Source of the DNA: a virus
Taxonomy: Duplodnaviria > Heunggongvirae > Uroviricota > Caudoviricetes
Virus record (IMG/VR): IMGVR_UViG_2506520037_000006
Reading direction: 5' to 3' (one strand)
DNA length: 39,680 nucleotides
Each line of letters starts with the position of its first letter. Position 1 is the stretch's first letter. A program made the translations under genes and the position numbers. The notes beneath the pieces are model-generated. The model did not search any database, was not told where the DNA came from, and worked only from the letters and a program-made list of their open reading frames with translations. Of this stretch, positions 17,083 through 26,658 are shown piece by piece.

Positions 17083-18620
17083 TGGGCCGTATTCTGGATA
17101 TTTCCGGGCAGCCGTTTGATTTTGACGATGAAATGCAGAGCCGCAGCGATGAGCTGGCAATGGTCATGAAGCGCACGCAGGAGCATCCTTCCAGTGGTGT
17201 GACGCCGAACCGGGCCGCGCAGATGCTGCGTGATGCCGAACGCGGTGATCTGACAGCACAGGCTGACCTGGCCTTTGATATGGAAGAAAAGGACACCCAC
17301 CTTTTTTCCGAACTGAGCAAACGCCGCCTTGCCATTCAGGCGCTGGAATGGCGCATCGCTCCGGCACGTGATGCCAGCGCACAGGAGAAAAAAGACGCCG
17401 ACATGCTGAATGAATATCTGCATGATGCGGCGTGGTTTGAAGATGCCCTGTTTGATGCCGGTGATGCCATTCTCAAGGGCTATTCCATGCAGGAGATTGA
17501 ATGGGGCTGGCTGGGGAAAATGCGCGTGCCGGTGGCGCTGCATCATCGCGATCCGGCGCTGTTCTGCGCGAACCCCGACAATCTGAACGAATTACGCCTG
17601 CGTGATGCGTCTTATCACGGGCTGGAGCTGCAACCGTTCGGCTGGTTTATGCACCGGGCCAAATCCCGCACCGGGTATGTCGGCACCAATGGCCTTGTGC
17701 GCACGCTTATCTGGCCTTTTATTTTTAAAAACTATTCCGTGCGTGATTTTGCAGAGTTTCTGGAAATTTACGGACTCCCCATGCGCGTCGGTAAATATCC
17801 GACCGGCTCAACGAACCGCGAGAAAGCCACGCTGATGCAGGCCGTGATGGATATCGGGCGACGTGCCGGTGGCATTATTCCGATGGGGATGACGCTGGAT
17901 TTTCAGAGCGCCGCAGATGGTCAGTCAGACCCTTTTATGGCGATGATTGGCTGGGCAGAAAAAGCGATTTCAAAAGCCATTCTGGGCGGCACCCTGACCA
18001 CAGAGGCTGGCGATAAAGGTGCGCGGTCGCTGGGTGAAGTGCATGATGAGGTTCGCCGGGAAATCCGTAACGCGGATGTGGGCCAGCTTGCCCGCAGTAT
18101 TAACCGTGACCTGATTTATCCCCTGCTGGCACTGAACAGTGACAGCACCATTGATATTAACCGCCTGCCGGGCATTGTATTTGATACCAGTGAAGCGGGT
18201 GATATTACGGCACTGTCTGACGCCATTCCGAAACTGGCGGCGGGAATGCGTATTCCGGTCTCCTGGATACAGGAAAAACTTCATATTCCACAGCCGGTCG
18301 GTGATGAAGCCGTGTTTACTATACAACCGGTTGTCCCGGATAACGGTTCGCAGAAAGAGGCCGCATTATCCGCTGAAGATATCCCGCAGGAGGATGATAT
18401 CGACCGGATGGGCGTCTCACCGGAAGACTGGCAGCGTTCGGTTGACCCCCTGCTGAAACCCGTCATTTTTTCTGTGCTGAAAGATGGCCCGGAAGCCGCC
18501 ATGAACAAAGCCGCTTCATTATATCCGCAGATGGATGATGCAGAACTTATCGACATGCTGACCCGTGCCATTTTTGTTGCCGATATATGGGGGCGTCTGG
18601 ATGCCGCAGCAGACCATTGA
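17082..18620 (+). CDS. H: H (gp29), portal protein, 512 aa
   Basis: ATG 17082 overlapping terminase stop (TAATG); size and position of Mu portal. Confidence 0.88.
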   Translation: MGRILDISGQPFDFDDEMQSRSDELAMVMKRTQEHPSSGVTPNRAAQMLRDAERGDLTAQADLAFDMEEKDTHLFSELSKRRLAIQALEWRIAPARDASAQEKKDADMLNEYLHDAAWFEDALFDAGDAILKGYSMQEIEWGWLGKMRVPVALHHRDPALFCANPDNLNELRLRDASYHGLELQPFGWFMHRAKSRTGYVGTNGLVRTLIWPFIFKNYSVRDFAEFLEIYGLPMRVGKYPTGSTNREKATLMQAVMDIGRRAGGIIPMGMTLDFQSAADGQSDPFMAMIGWAEKAISKAILGGTLTTEAGDKGARSLGEVHDEVRREIRNADVGQLARSINRDLIYPLLALNSDSTIDINRLPGIVFDTSEAGDITALSDAIPKLAAGMRIPVSWIQEKLHIPQPVGDEAVFTIQPVVPDNGSQKEAALSAEDIPQEDDIDRMGVSPEDWQRSVDPLLKPVIFSVLKDGPEAAMNKAASLYPQMDDAELIDMLTRAIFVADIWGRLDAAADH

Positions 18621-19920
18621 TCTGGCGTATGCCGCGCGCCTCCCGCCAAAGGAGGCTGTCGCGTATTTCCGCGCCAAAGGCTACAACATCACCTGGAACT
18701 GGTACGAACAACTGGCAGACGCGCACGCCCGCGCCTTTACCGTTGCCAAAGCCACCCGGATGGATGTCCTGACCACAATCCGTGAGGAAGTGGAGCGGGC
18801 TGTCAGTGAAGGCATCACCCGTGAGGAATTTACCCGCACACTGGCCCCCCGGCTGCAAAAACTCGGATGGTGGGGAAAACAAATCATCGTGGATGCAGAG
18901 GGAAACGCGAAGGAAATCGAACTGGGCAGTCCGCGTCGTCTGGCAACCATTTATAACGTCAATACCCGTACGGCGTATGGGGCAGGACGTTATGCGCAGA
19001 TGATGAATACCGCCGATTTGTACCCGTACTGGCAGTACGTTGCCGTTATGGATGGCAGAACACGCCCGGAACATGCGCGGCTGCACAATATGGTTTTCCA
19101 GTATGACGACATTTTCTGGCAGACGCATTACCCGCCCAATGGCTGGAACTGCCGCTGTCGCGTCCGGGCGCTGTCTGCGGCCCGCATGAAAGAACTGGGG
19201 CTACAGGTCAGTTATGGTGCGTCATTCATGAATACCCGCGAAGTGGATGCCGGTACGGATGAAAGCACCGGAGAGATTTTCCGCACATCGTCAACCACGT
19301 TTGACAACGGTCGGGTAAAAATGACGCCAGATGTGGGCTGGTCATATAACCCCGGTTCGGCGGCATTTGGTACGGATCAGGCACTGATTCGAAAACTGGT
19401 GGAAGTTCGTGACGCGCAGCTGCGTGAGCAGGTTGTTCAGACGCTGAATAACAGCCGGGAGCGTCAGCTTGCTTTTTCCCTCTGGCTTAAACGCCTGGCA
19501 GGATCACGTCAGACCGGTCATGAAATCCGGGCGCTGGGGTTTATGACGGGATCCGTGGCTGAAGCCGTATATCAGCGCACCGGGAATATGCCAGCCCGTC
19601 TGCTTGTAATGAACGGGAAAAGTCTGGCGACCACTGCTGATGCCGCCCTGAAACCGGAGGATTTACAGCGTCTGCCGTCGCTGATGGCAAAACCACAGGC
19701 GGTATTGTGGGACAGGGAGAACCACCAGTTGCTGTATGTTGTGGCAACCCGTGACGGCACGGCCCGGATTGTGGTCAGAACATCACAGACAGTCGGCAGG
19801 CAGAATGACCGGGCGGATGTGCTGGTCAGTATCAGCCGCGTATCTGCACAGTCGCTTGAAGCCGCGATTGCTGACGGGATGATTGACGTACTGGAGGGGC
19901 ATGTGGAGGTGAATAAGTGA
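18601..19920 (+). CDS. F: F (gp30), head morphogenesis/minor head protein, ~439 aa
   Basis: ATG 18601 with SD ggggg; track ORF starts upstream at GTG 18565. Confidence 0.8.
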   Translation: MPQQTIDLAYAARLPPKEAVAYFRAKGYNITWNWYEQLADAHARAFTVAKATRMDVLTTIREEVERAVSEGITREEFTRTLAPRLQKLGWWGKQIIVDAEGNAKEIELGSPRRLATIYNVNTRTAYGAGRYAQMMNTADLYPYWQYVAVMDGRTRPEHARLHNMVFQYDDIFWQTHYPPNGWNCRCRVRALSAARMKELGLQVSYGASFMNTREVDAGTDESTGEIFRTSSTTFDNGRVKMTPDVGWSYNPGSAAFGTDQALIRKLVEVRDAQLREQVVQTLNNSRERQLAFSLWLKRLAGSRQTGHEIRALGFMTGSVAEAVYQRTGNMPARLLVMNGKSLATTADAALKPEDLQRLPSLMAKPQAVLWDRENHQLLYVVATRDGTARIVVRTSQTVGRQNDRADVLVSISRVSAQSLEAAIADGMIDVLEGHVEVNK

Positions 19921-20387
19921 GTCTTGATATGAACGTTGCCGTGGATGTGCGACGTATTCAGCTTGCGCTGGATGAACTGGGAACCGTCACACGTGACCGC
20001 GCCATTCCCCGAGTGATGGCTGCGGCGCTGCTGTCATCCACGGAACAGGCATTTGAACGGCAGGCAGACCCGGATACAGGGAAAGGCTGGGAAGCGTGGA
20101 GCGATTCGTGGCTGGCATGGCGTCAGGATCATGGTTTTGTTCCGGGCAGTATCCTTACCCTGCATGGCGATCTGGCACGCAGTATTACCACCGATTATGG
20201 ACAGGATTATGCCCTGATTGGTTCGCCAAAAATTTATGCTGCCATTCATCAGTGGGGCGGTACACCCGATATGGCACCCCGCCCGGCAGGCGTTCCTGCG
20301 CGTCCTTATATGGGGCTGGATAAGACCGGGGAACAGGAAATTTTTGATGCCATCAGAAAACGCGTCAGCGCCGCTCTGAGGCAATAA
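19917..20387 (+). CDS. G: G (gp31), virion morphogenesis protein, 156 aa (alternative ATG start 19929)
   Basis: GTG 19917 with SD ggaggtga 7 nt upstream, overlapping F stop. Confidence 0.7.
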   Translation: MSLDMNVAVDVRRIQLALDELGTVTRDRAIPRVMAAALLSSTEQAFERQADPDTGKGWEAWSDSWLAWRQDHGFVPGSILTLHGDLARSITTDYGQDYALIGSPKIYAAIHQWGGTPDMAPRPAGVPARPYMGLDKTGEQEIFDAIRKRVSAALRQ

Positions 20388-20583
20388 ACAGAATCAGGCA
20401 TAAAATCAGCCGCACAGATTTTTTAAAACGCGCCACGGGATTTTTAAACCGGTATTTAACGGTGTATGAATCCCGTTTTATCTTCCTTTCACTTTCTTTC
20501 TCCAGTACTCAAATAGCATAACCCCAGATTTTCCCGCACCTCCCGCAAACTGACTGCTCACAAACCATGATGAGCAGCAGGAC
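20388..20583 (+). promoter_or_regulatory. G-I intergenic region: PI late promoter and the central strong gyrase site (SGS) of Mu
   Basis: 196-bp non-coding gap at the genome centre; motif tcccgcacct at 20532-20541 as in Plys; SGS assignment from established Mu biology by position only. Confidence 0.5.
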
Positions 20584-21669
20584 ATGAAAAAACACGCGAT
20601 TGGCATTGCCGCACTGAATGCGCTGTCCATTGACGATGACGGCTGGTGCCAGCTATTGCCTGCCGGTCATTTCAGTGCCCGTGATGGTCGTCCGTTTGAT
20701 GTGACAGGCGGTCAGGGGTGGTTCATCGACGGTGAGATTGCCGGGCGTCTGGTTGAAGGCGTTCGCGCGCTCAACCAGGACGTGCTGATTGATTACGAGC
20801 ATAACCAGCTACGTAAGGACAAAGGATTACCCCCGGAACAACTCGTCGCGGCTGGCTGGTTTAACGCCGATGAAATGCAGTGGCGTGAAGGTGAAGGGTT
20901 ATTTATCCACCCACGCTGGACGGCGGCGGCCCAGCAGCGCATCGATGACGGCGAATTTGGTTATCTCTCTGCGGTTTTTCCGTATGACACCGCCACCGGT
21001 GCGGTGCTGCAAATCCGCCTTGCTGCGCTGACCAATGACCCCGGTGCCACCGGCATGAAAAAGCTGACCGCACTGGCGGCAGACCTTCCCGACATCCTTC
21101 AACAGGAGAACAAACCCATGAATGAAACGCTGCGCAAGCTGCTTGCGCGTCTTGGGGTGACGGTCCCCGAAAATGCAGACATCACCGATGAACAGGCAAC
21201 AGCGGCACTGACCGCGCTGGACACGCTGGAAATTAATGCCGGGAAAGTGGCGGCGTTGTCTGCCGAACTGGAAAAGGCACAGAAAGCCGCCGTTGACCTG
21301 ACGAAATACGTCCCGGTGGAAAGCTACAACGCCCTGCGTGATGAACTGGCACAGGCGACTGCACAAAGCGCCACAGCCAGCCTGAGCGCCGTTCTGGACA
21401 AGGCGGAACAGGAAGGCCGCATTTTCAAAAGCGAACGCACTTACCTGGAACAGCTTGGCGGTCAGATTGGCGTGGCGGCACTGTCGGCACAGCTTGAGAA
21501 AAAACAGCCCATCGCTGCGTTATCTGCCATGCAGACCACCACAGCGAAAATTCCGTCGCAGGAAAAAACGGCGGTGGCGGTGCTGTCTGCTGATGAACAG
21601 GCAGCAGTGAAGGCGCTCGGCATTACAGAGGCTGAGTATCTGAAAATGAAACAGGAACAAGAAAAATGA
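20584..21669 (+). CDS. I: I (gp32), prohead protease fused to scaffold, 361 aa
   Basis: Translation MKKHAIGIAALNALSIDDDGW...; position upstream of major capsid gene. Confidence 0.88.
   Translation: MKKHAIGIAALNALSIDDDGWCQLLPAGHFSARDGRPFDVTGGQGWFIDGEIAGRLVEGVRALNQDVLIDYEHNQLRKDKGLPPEQLVAAGWFNADEMQWREGEGLFIHPRWTAAAQQRIDDGEFGYLSAVFPYDTATGAVLQIRLAALTNDPGATGMKKLTALAADLPDILQQENKPMNETLRKLLARLGVTVPENADITDEQATAALTALDTLEINAGKVAALSAELEKAQKAAVDLTKYVPVESYNALRDELAQATAQSATASLSAVLDKAEQEGRIFKSERTYLEQLGGQIGVAALSAQLEKKQPIAALSAMQTTTAKIPSQEKTAVAVLSADEQAAVKALGITEAEYLKMKQEQEK
21118..21669 (+). CDS. Z: Z, scaffold protein from in-frame internal start within I (nested gene), ~183 aa
   Basis: In-frame ATG 21118 preceded by strong SD aacaggagaa; Ala/Glu/Leu/Gln-rich helical C-terminal domain. 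Confidence 0.4.
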   Translation: MNETLRKLLARLGVTVPENADITDEQATAALTALDTLEINAGKVAALSAELEKAQKAAVDLTKYVPVESYNALRDELAQATAQSATASLSAVLDKAEQEGRIFKSERTYLEQLGGQIGVAALSAQLEKKQPIAALSAMQTTTAKIPSQEKTAVAVLSADEQAAVKALGITEAEYLKMKQEQEK

Positions 21670-22583
21670 TTGTCACCCCGGCATCCATTAAAGCCCTGAT
21701 GACCTCCTGGCGTAAGGATTTTCAGGGCGGTCTTGAAGACGCCCCGTCGCAGTACAACAAAATTGCAATGGTGGTGAACTCTTCCACCCGCAGTAATACC
21801 TATGGCTGGCTGGGTAAATTCCCGACCCTGAAAGAATGGGTGGGTAAGCGAACCATTCAGCAAATGGAAGCGCATGGCTACTCCATCGCCAATAAAACGT
21901 TTGAAGGCACCGTGGGTATTTCCCGTGATGACTTCGAGGATGACAATCTGGGTATTTATGCGCCGATTTTTCAGGAGATGGGCCGTTCTGCGGCAGTTCA
22001 GCCGGATGAGCTGATTTTTAAACTTCTGAAAGATGGCTTTACCCAGCCCTGCTATGACGGTCAGAACTTCTTCGACAAGGAGCATCCGGTATATCCGAAT
22101 GTGGATGGCACGGGCAGCGCGGTTAATACCTCCAACATCGTTGAGCAGGACAGCTTCAGCGGTCTGCCATTCTATCTGCTGGACTGCTCCCGCGCAGTCA
22201 AACCGCTGATTTTCCAGGAGCGCCGCAAACCGGAACTGGTCGCACGTACCCGTATCGATGACGACCACGTTTTTATGGATAACGAGTTCCTGTTTGGTGC
22301 CAGCACCCGCCGTGCTGCCGGTTACGGCTTCTGGCAGATGGCTGTCGCGGTAAAAGGCGATCTGACGCTGGATAACCTCTGGAAGGGCTGGCAACTGATG
22401 CGCTCTTTTGAAGGTGATGGCGGTAAGAAACTGGGCCTGAAGCCGACGCATATCGTTGTACCGGTCGGGCTGGAAAAAGCCGCAGAGCAACTGCTTAACC
22501 GTGAACTGTTCGCGGATGGCAATACCACCGTCTCCAACGAGATGAAGGGCAAGCTGCAACTGGTTGTCGCTGACTACCTGTAA
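21666..22583 (+). CDS. T: T (gp34), major capsid protein, 305 aa
   Basis: ATGA overlap with I stop; size and position of Mu major head subunit. Confidence 0.88.
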   Translation: MIVTPASIKALMTSWRKDFQGGLEDAPSQYNKIAMVVNSSTRSNTYGWLGKFPTLKEWVGKRTIQQMEAHGYSIANKTFEGTVGISRDDFEDDNLGIYAPIFQEMGRSAAVQPDELIFKLLKDGFTQPCYDGQNFFDKEHPVYPNVDGTGSAVNTSNIVEQDSFSGLPFYLLDCSRAVKPLIFQERRKPELVARTRIDDDHVFMDNEFLFGASTRRAAGYGFWQMAVAVKGDLTLDNLWKGWQLMRSFEGDGGKKLGLKPTHIVVPVGLEKAAEQLLNRELFADGNTTVSNEMKGKLQLVVADYL

Positions 22584-22591
22584 CCGTCATT

Positions 22592-22615
22592 AAAAGGCGG
22601 TTCAGACCGCCTTTT
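22592..22615 (+). terminator. Hairpin immediately downstream of major capsid gene (terminator/attenuator-like)
   Basis: aaaaggcgg-ttcaga-ccgcctttt perfect 9-bp stem with short T-run. Confidence 0.45.
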
Positions 22616-22649
22616 AACCTGATTTAAAGGAAAAGGAGGAGCATGTGTT

Positions 22650-23060
22650 ATGTCAGGCACTTCGCTTAATTCACAACGGCTGGACACTTCTCGCATCACT
22701 TGCACGGCGATTATTAAATGCCTTCGTCCGGTCTACCGCCGCGCCGGAATCGCCTTTACGCGTGGCGAAAACACCGTGGAAGTCACCGAAGAACAACTGG
22801 CGATCATTCGTGCCGACAGCGTGCTGTCTGTGGTATCTGCATCGTCAGCAGAAACGCTCGCTGAGGCTGGGGGGCTGGACGTTCTGGGTGTGGGCGATCT
22901 GAATACCCGTATCCGTGCGACCGTTGCCGGTCTGGATAAGGCAAACCCGGAGCACTTTACCGCAGGGGGAGAACCCAAAGTGAAAGCCGTCAGTGCGGCG
23001 CTGGGGGAACCGGTGAGCAGTGCGCAAATCAAAGCGGCGCTGGCTGAGGCGGATGCATGA
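22650..23060 (+). CDS. Hypothetical head-associated protein (gp35), 136 aa
   Basis: ATG 22650 with SD aaaggagga. Confidence 0.6.
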   Translation: MSGTSLNSQRLDTSRITCTAIIKCLRPVYRRAGIAFTRGENTVEVTEEQLAIIRADSVLSVVSASSAETLAEAGGLDVLGVGDLNTRIRATVAGLDKANPEHFTAGGEPKVKAVSAALGEPVSSAQIKAALAEADA

Positions 23061-23482
23061 ATTACGCGACGGTAAATGACCTGTGCGCCCGCTATACACG
23101 TACGCGGCTGGATATTCTCACCCGCCCTAAAACAGCGGACGGGCAGCCGGATGATGCCGTGGCAGAACAGGCACTGGCAGATGCTTCGGCCTTTATTGAT
23201 GGCTATCTCGCCGCGCGCTTTGTTCTGCCGCTTACCGTCGTCCCCTCACTGCTGAAACGGCAGTGTTGCGTGGTGGCCTGGTTTTATCTGAATGAATCAC
23301 AACCCACCGAGCAGATCACCGCAACTTACAGGGACACGGTGCGCTGGCTGGAACAGGTGCGCGATGGCAAAACAGATCCCGGCGTGGAAAGCAGAACGGC
23401 AGCGTCGCCGGAGGGAGAGGATCTTGTGCAGGTTCAGTCTGATCCGCCTGTTTTTTCACGAAAACAGAAGGGGTTTATCTGA
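23057..23482 (+). CDS. J: J (gp36), head completion/connector-region protein, 141 aa
   Basis: ATGA overlap with upstream gene; synteny. Confidence 0.7.
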   Translation: MNYATVNDLCARYTRTRLDILTRPKTADGQPDDAVAEQALADASAFIDGYLAARFVLPLTVVPSLLKRQCCVVAWFYLNESQPTEQITATYRDTVRWLEQVRDGKTDPGVESRTAASPEGEDLVQVQSDPPVFSRKQKGFI

Positions 23483-24030
23483 TGCTGGAAGAAACCGAAG
23501 CCGCACTGCTGGCGCGCGTTCGTGAGTTGTTTGGGGCAACCCTGCGGCAGGTGGAACCCCTTACCGGCACATGGACTAATGAGGATGTGCACCGTCTCTT
23601 TCTGGCCCCGCCATCGGTATTTCTGGCATGGATGGGCTGTGGTGAGGGGCGTACGCGTCGGGAAGTTGAAAGTCGCTGGGCATTTTTTGTCGTGGCGGAG
23701 TTGCTGAACGGGGAACCGGTAAACCGGCCCGGTATTTATCAGATTGTGGAGCGACTGATTGCCGGTGTTAACGGTCAGACGTTTGGCCCGACCACCGGGA
23801 TGAGGCTGACGCAGGTCAGAAATCTTTGTGACGACAACCGTATCAATGCCGGTGTGGTGCTTTACGGCGTTCTGTTCAGTGGCACAACCCCGCTGCCGTC
23901 CGTAGTGGACCTGGATTCGCTGGATGATTACGAGCGTCACTGGCAGACCTGGAAATTCCCGGACGAAACCCCGGAATTTGCCGCACATATCAATGTGAAT
24001 CAGGAAAAGGATCATGATGCTGAAAATTAA
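23482..24030 (+). CDS. K: K (gp37), tail completion-like protein, 182 aa
   Basis: TGATG overlap with J; synteny. Confidence 0.7.
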   Translation: MLEETEAALLARVRELFGATLRQVEPLTGTWTNEDVHRLFLAPPSVFLAWMGCGEGRTRREVESRWAFFVVAELLNGEPVNRPGIYQIVERLIAGVNGQTFGPTTGMRLTQVRNLCDDNRINAGVVLYGVLFSGTTPLPSVVDLDSLDDYERHWQTWKFPDETPEFAAHINVNQEKDHDAEN

Positions 24031-24220
24031 ACCCGCAGCGGGAAAAGCCATCCGTGACCCGCTCACGATGAAATTACTGGCGTCTGAGGGAGAAGAAAAG
24101 CCCCGTAACAGTTTCTGGATACGTCGCCTTGCAGCCGGTGATGTGGTTGAAGTCGGGAGCACCGAAAACACGGCGGATGATACCGACGCTGCGCCGAAAA
24201 AACGGAGTAAATCGAAATGA
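24014..24220 (+). CDS. Hypothetical protein (gp38), 68 aa
   Basis: Small ORF overlapping K end and L start. Confidence 0.55.
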
Positions 24221-25704
24221 GCGATATTTCATTTAACGCGATCCCGTCAGATGTTCGCGTTCCTCTGACGTATATCGAATTTGATAACAGCAATGCCGTC
24301 AGCGGAACACCGGCTCCCCGTCAGCGCGTGCTGATGTTCGGGCAAAGCGGAAGTAAAGCCAGTGCGGCACCAAACGTGCCTGTCCGTATCCGTTCCGGCT
24401 CACAGGCCAGTGCGGCGTTTGGTCAGGGTTCCATGCTGGCACTGATGGCAGATGCATTCCTGAACGCTAACCGCGTGGCGGAGCTGTGGTGTATTCCGCA
24501 GGGGAACGGCACCGGTAATGCTGCTGTCGGTGAAATTTCACTGTCAGGAACGGCAGGCGAAAACGGCTCGCTTGTGACTTACATTGCCGGTCAGCGACTG
24601 GCGGTATCTGTCGCAGCAGGTGCAACGGGAGCGGCGCTGGCTGACCTGCTGGTTGCCCGAATCAAAGGCCAGCCTGATTTACCGGTGACGGCAGAAGTTC
24701 GCGCAGACAGCGGGGATGATGACACCCATGCAGATGTGGTTCTGAGTGCAAAATTTACGGGTGCATTATCTGCCGTGGACGTGCGCTGGAACTATTACGC
24801 GGGTGAAACGACCCCTTACGGGATTATCACGGCATTCAAAGCCGCCTCCGGGAAAAATGGCAACCCGGATATCAGCGCAAGTATCGCGGGAATGGGCGAT
24901 CTGCAATATAAATATATTGTGATGCCCTATACCGATGAACCGAACCTGAATCTGTTACGCACTGAATTGCAGGAACGCTGGGGACCGGTCAATCAGGCTG
25001 ATGGCTTTGCCGTGACAGTGCTGTCCGGCACGTATGGGGACATTTCCACGTTTGGTGTCAGCCGTAATGACCATCTGATTTCCTGTATGGGGATTGCCGG
25101 TGCACCGGAACCGTCATATCTGTACGCCGCCACACTGTGTGCCGTTGCCAGCCAGGCGCTTTCCATCGACCCGGCGCGTCCACTCCAGACGCTGACGTTG
25201 CCCGGAAGAATGCCGCCTGCGGTGGGGGATCGTTTCACCTGGTCAGAACGTAATGCGCTGCTGTTTGACGGCATCTCCACGTTTAACGTGAATGATGGTG
25301 GTGAAATGCAGATTGAACGCATGATCACGATGTACCGCACAAACAAGTACGGTGACAGTGATCCGTCTTATCTGAACGTGAATACCATCGCCACGCTGAG
25401 TTATCTGCGTTATTCGCTGCGAACCCGCATCACGCAGAAATTCCCGAACTACAAGCTGGCAAGTGATGGCACCCGCTTTGCCACCGGTCAGGCCGTGGTG
25501 ACGCCATCCGTGATCAAAACGGAGCTGCTGGCACTGTTTGAAGAATGGGAAAACGCCGGACTGGTCGAGGATTTCGACACGTTCAAAGAGGAGCTGTATG
25601 TGGCACGTAACAAGGACGACAAAGACCGTCTTGATGTGCTGTGCGGCCCGAATCTGATTAACCAGTTCCGCATTTTCGCGGCACAAGTTCAGTTCATTCT
25701 GTAA
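24217..25704 (+). CDS. L: L (gp39), contractile tail sheath protein, 495 aa
   Basis: Size and position; followed by tube gene. Confidence 0.88.
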
Positions 25705-25713
25705 GGAGCATTT

Positions 25714-26070
25714 ATGGCTGGAAATCAGCGTCAGGGGGTGGCGTTCATCCGTGTCAATGGCATGGAGCTTGAATCAATGGAAGGTGCCTCCTTCACGCCT
25801 TCCGGCATCACCCGTGAAGAAGTGACCGGCTCGCGGGTTTATGGCTGGAAAGGTAAACCTCGTGCCGCAAAAGTGGAATGCAAAATTCCGGGCGGTGGTC
25901 CCATCGGGCTGGATGAAATTATCGACTGGGAAAACATCACCGTCGAATTCCAGGCTGATACCGGTGAAACCTGGATGCTGGCGAATGCCTGGCAGGCGGA
26001 TGAACCGAAAAACGACGGCGGCGAAATTTCGCTGGTACTGATGGCAAAACAAAGCAAACGCATTGCATAA
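25714..26070 (+). CDS. M: M (gp40), tail tube protein, 118 aa
   Basis: SD taaggagca; sheath-tube order. Confidence 0.85.
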   Translation: MAGNQRQGVAFIRVNGMELESMEGASFTPSGITREEVTGSRVYGWKGKPRAAKVECKIPGGGPIGLDEIIDWENITVEFQADTGETWMLANAWQADEPKNDGGEISLVLMAKQSKRIA

Positions 26071-26079
26071 GGGGAAACA

Positions 26080-26514
26080 ATGGACGAAATGAATTTAGGT
26101 CCTGAAGCACAGGAACTGCATGACAGCATTGTGGCAGAAATTCAGTCCGGCGTGCTGAAACTGAAAGACGGCCTGCCGTTCGGCACCGGTGACGAGACTG
26201 AAATGCAGTATGACGTGACGCTGCGTGAACTGACCGCAGGCGATATGATTGATGCACAGGCGGCTGCTGAAAAGCTGGTAATGAGCAAGGAAGGTCCGGT
26301 GCTGGTCAGTTCCCCGTCCCGGATGGGACTGGAAATGCTGCGCCGACAGATTGCCAGCGTGGGCTGCATCAAAGGCCCGTTGTCGATGGCGCTGATTCGT
26401 AAACTGTCTGTCGATGACTTCCAGCGTCTGTCGCTGGCCACAGAAATGTACGACATGGCTGTGGCGGCATCGCTGACACAAGAACGGGGGCGAGTGGCTG
26501 CGGTGCCGGAATGA
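26080..26514 (+). CDS. Y: Y (gp41), tail assembly chaperone-like protein, 144 aa
   Basis: Between tube and tape-measure genes; SD aaggggaaac. Confidence 0.7.
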   Translation: MDEMNLGPEAQELHDSIVAEIQSGVLKLKDGLPFGTGDETEMQYDVTLRELTAGDMIDAQAAAEKLVMSKEGPVLVSSPSRMGLEMLRRQIASVGCIKGPLSMALIRKLSVDDFQRLSLATEMYDMAVAASLTQERGRVAAVPE

Positions 26515-26658
26515 TATTGAGAAAGCGGCGACAGCGATTGGCGTTATTCTGAAAAGTGGCCCGGAATGGGCCTTGTCTCTCCCGCTGTCCCGCTTTTTCC
26601 GGCACTGCCAGCAGGCTAAAACCCTCTCTCAATATCACCGTTAAATCAGGAAATATCT

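Noticed and set aside
21462-22559. 365-aa minus-strand ORF antisense to the major capsid gene T
   Set aside because: Overlaps the entire capsid gene, whose identity is secure by synteny; composition consistent with an antisense artefact
23434-24171. 245-aa minus-strand ORF antisense to K and gp38
   Set aside because: Overlaps rightward late genes in an operon with tight translational coupling; no start signals
26418-26552. Possible -1 programmed frameshift extension of tail chaperone Y
   Set aside because: The -1 frame is open for only ~44 codons and no canonical slippery heptamer is evident near the Y stop; too short for a typical chaperone frameshift product
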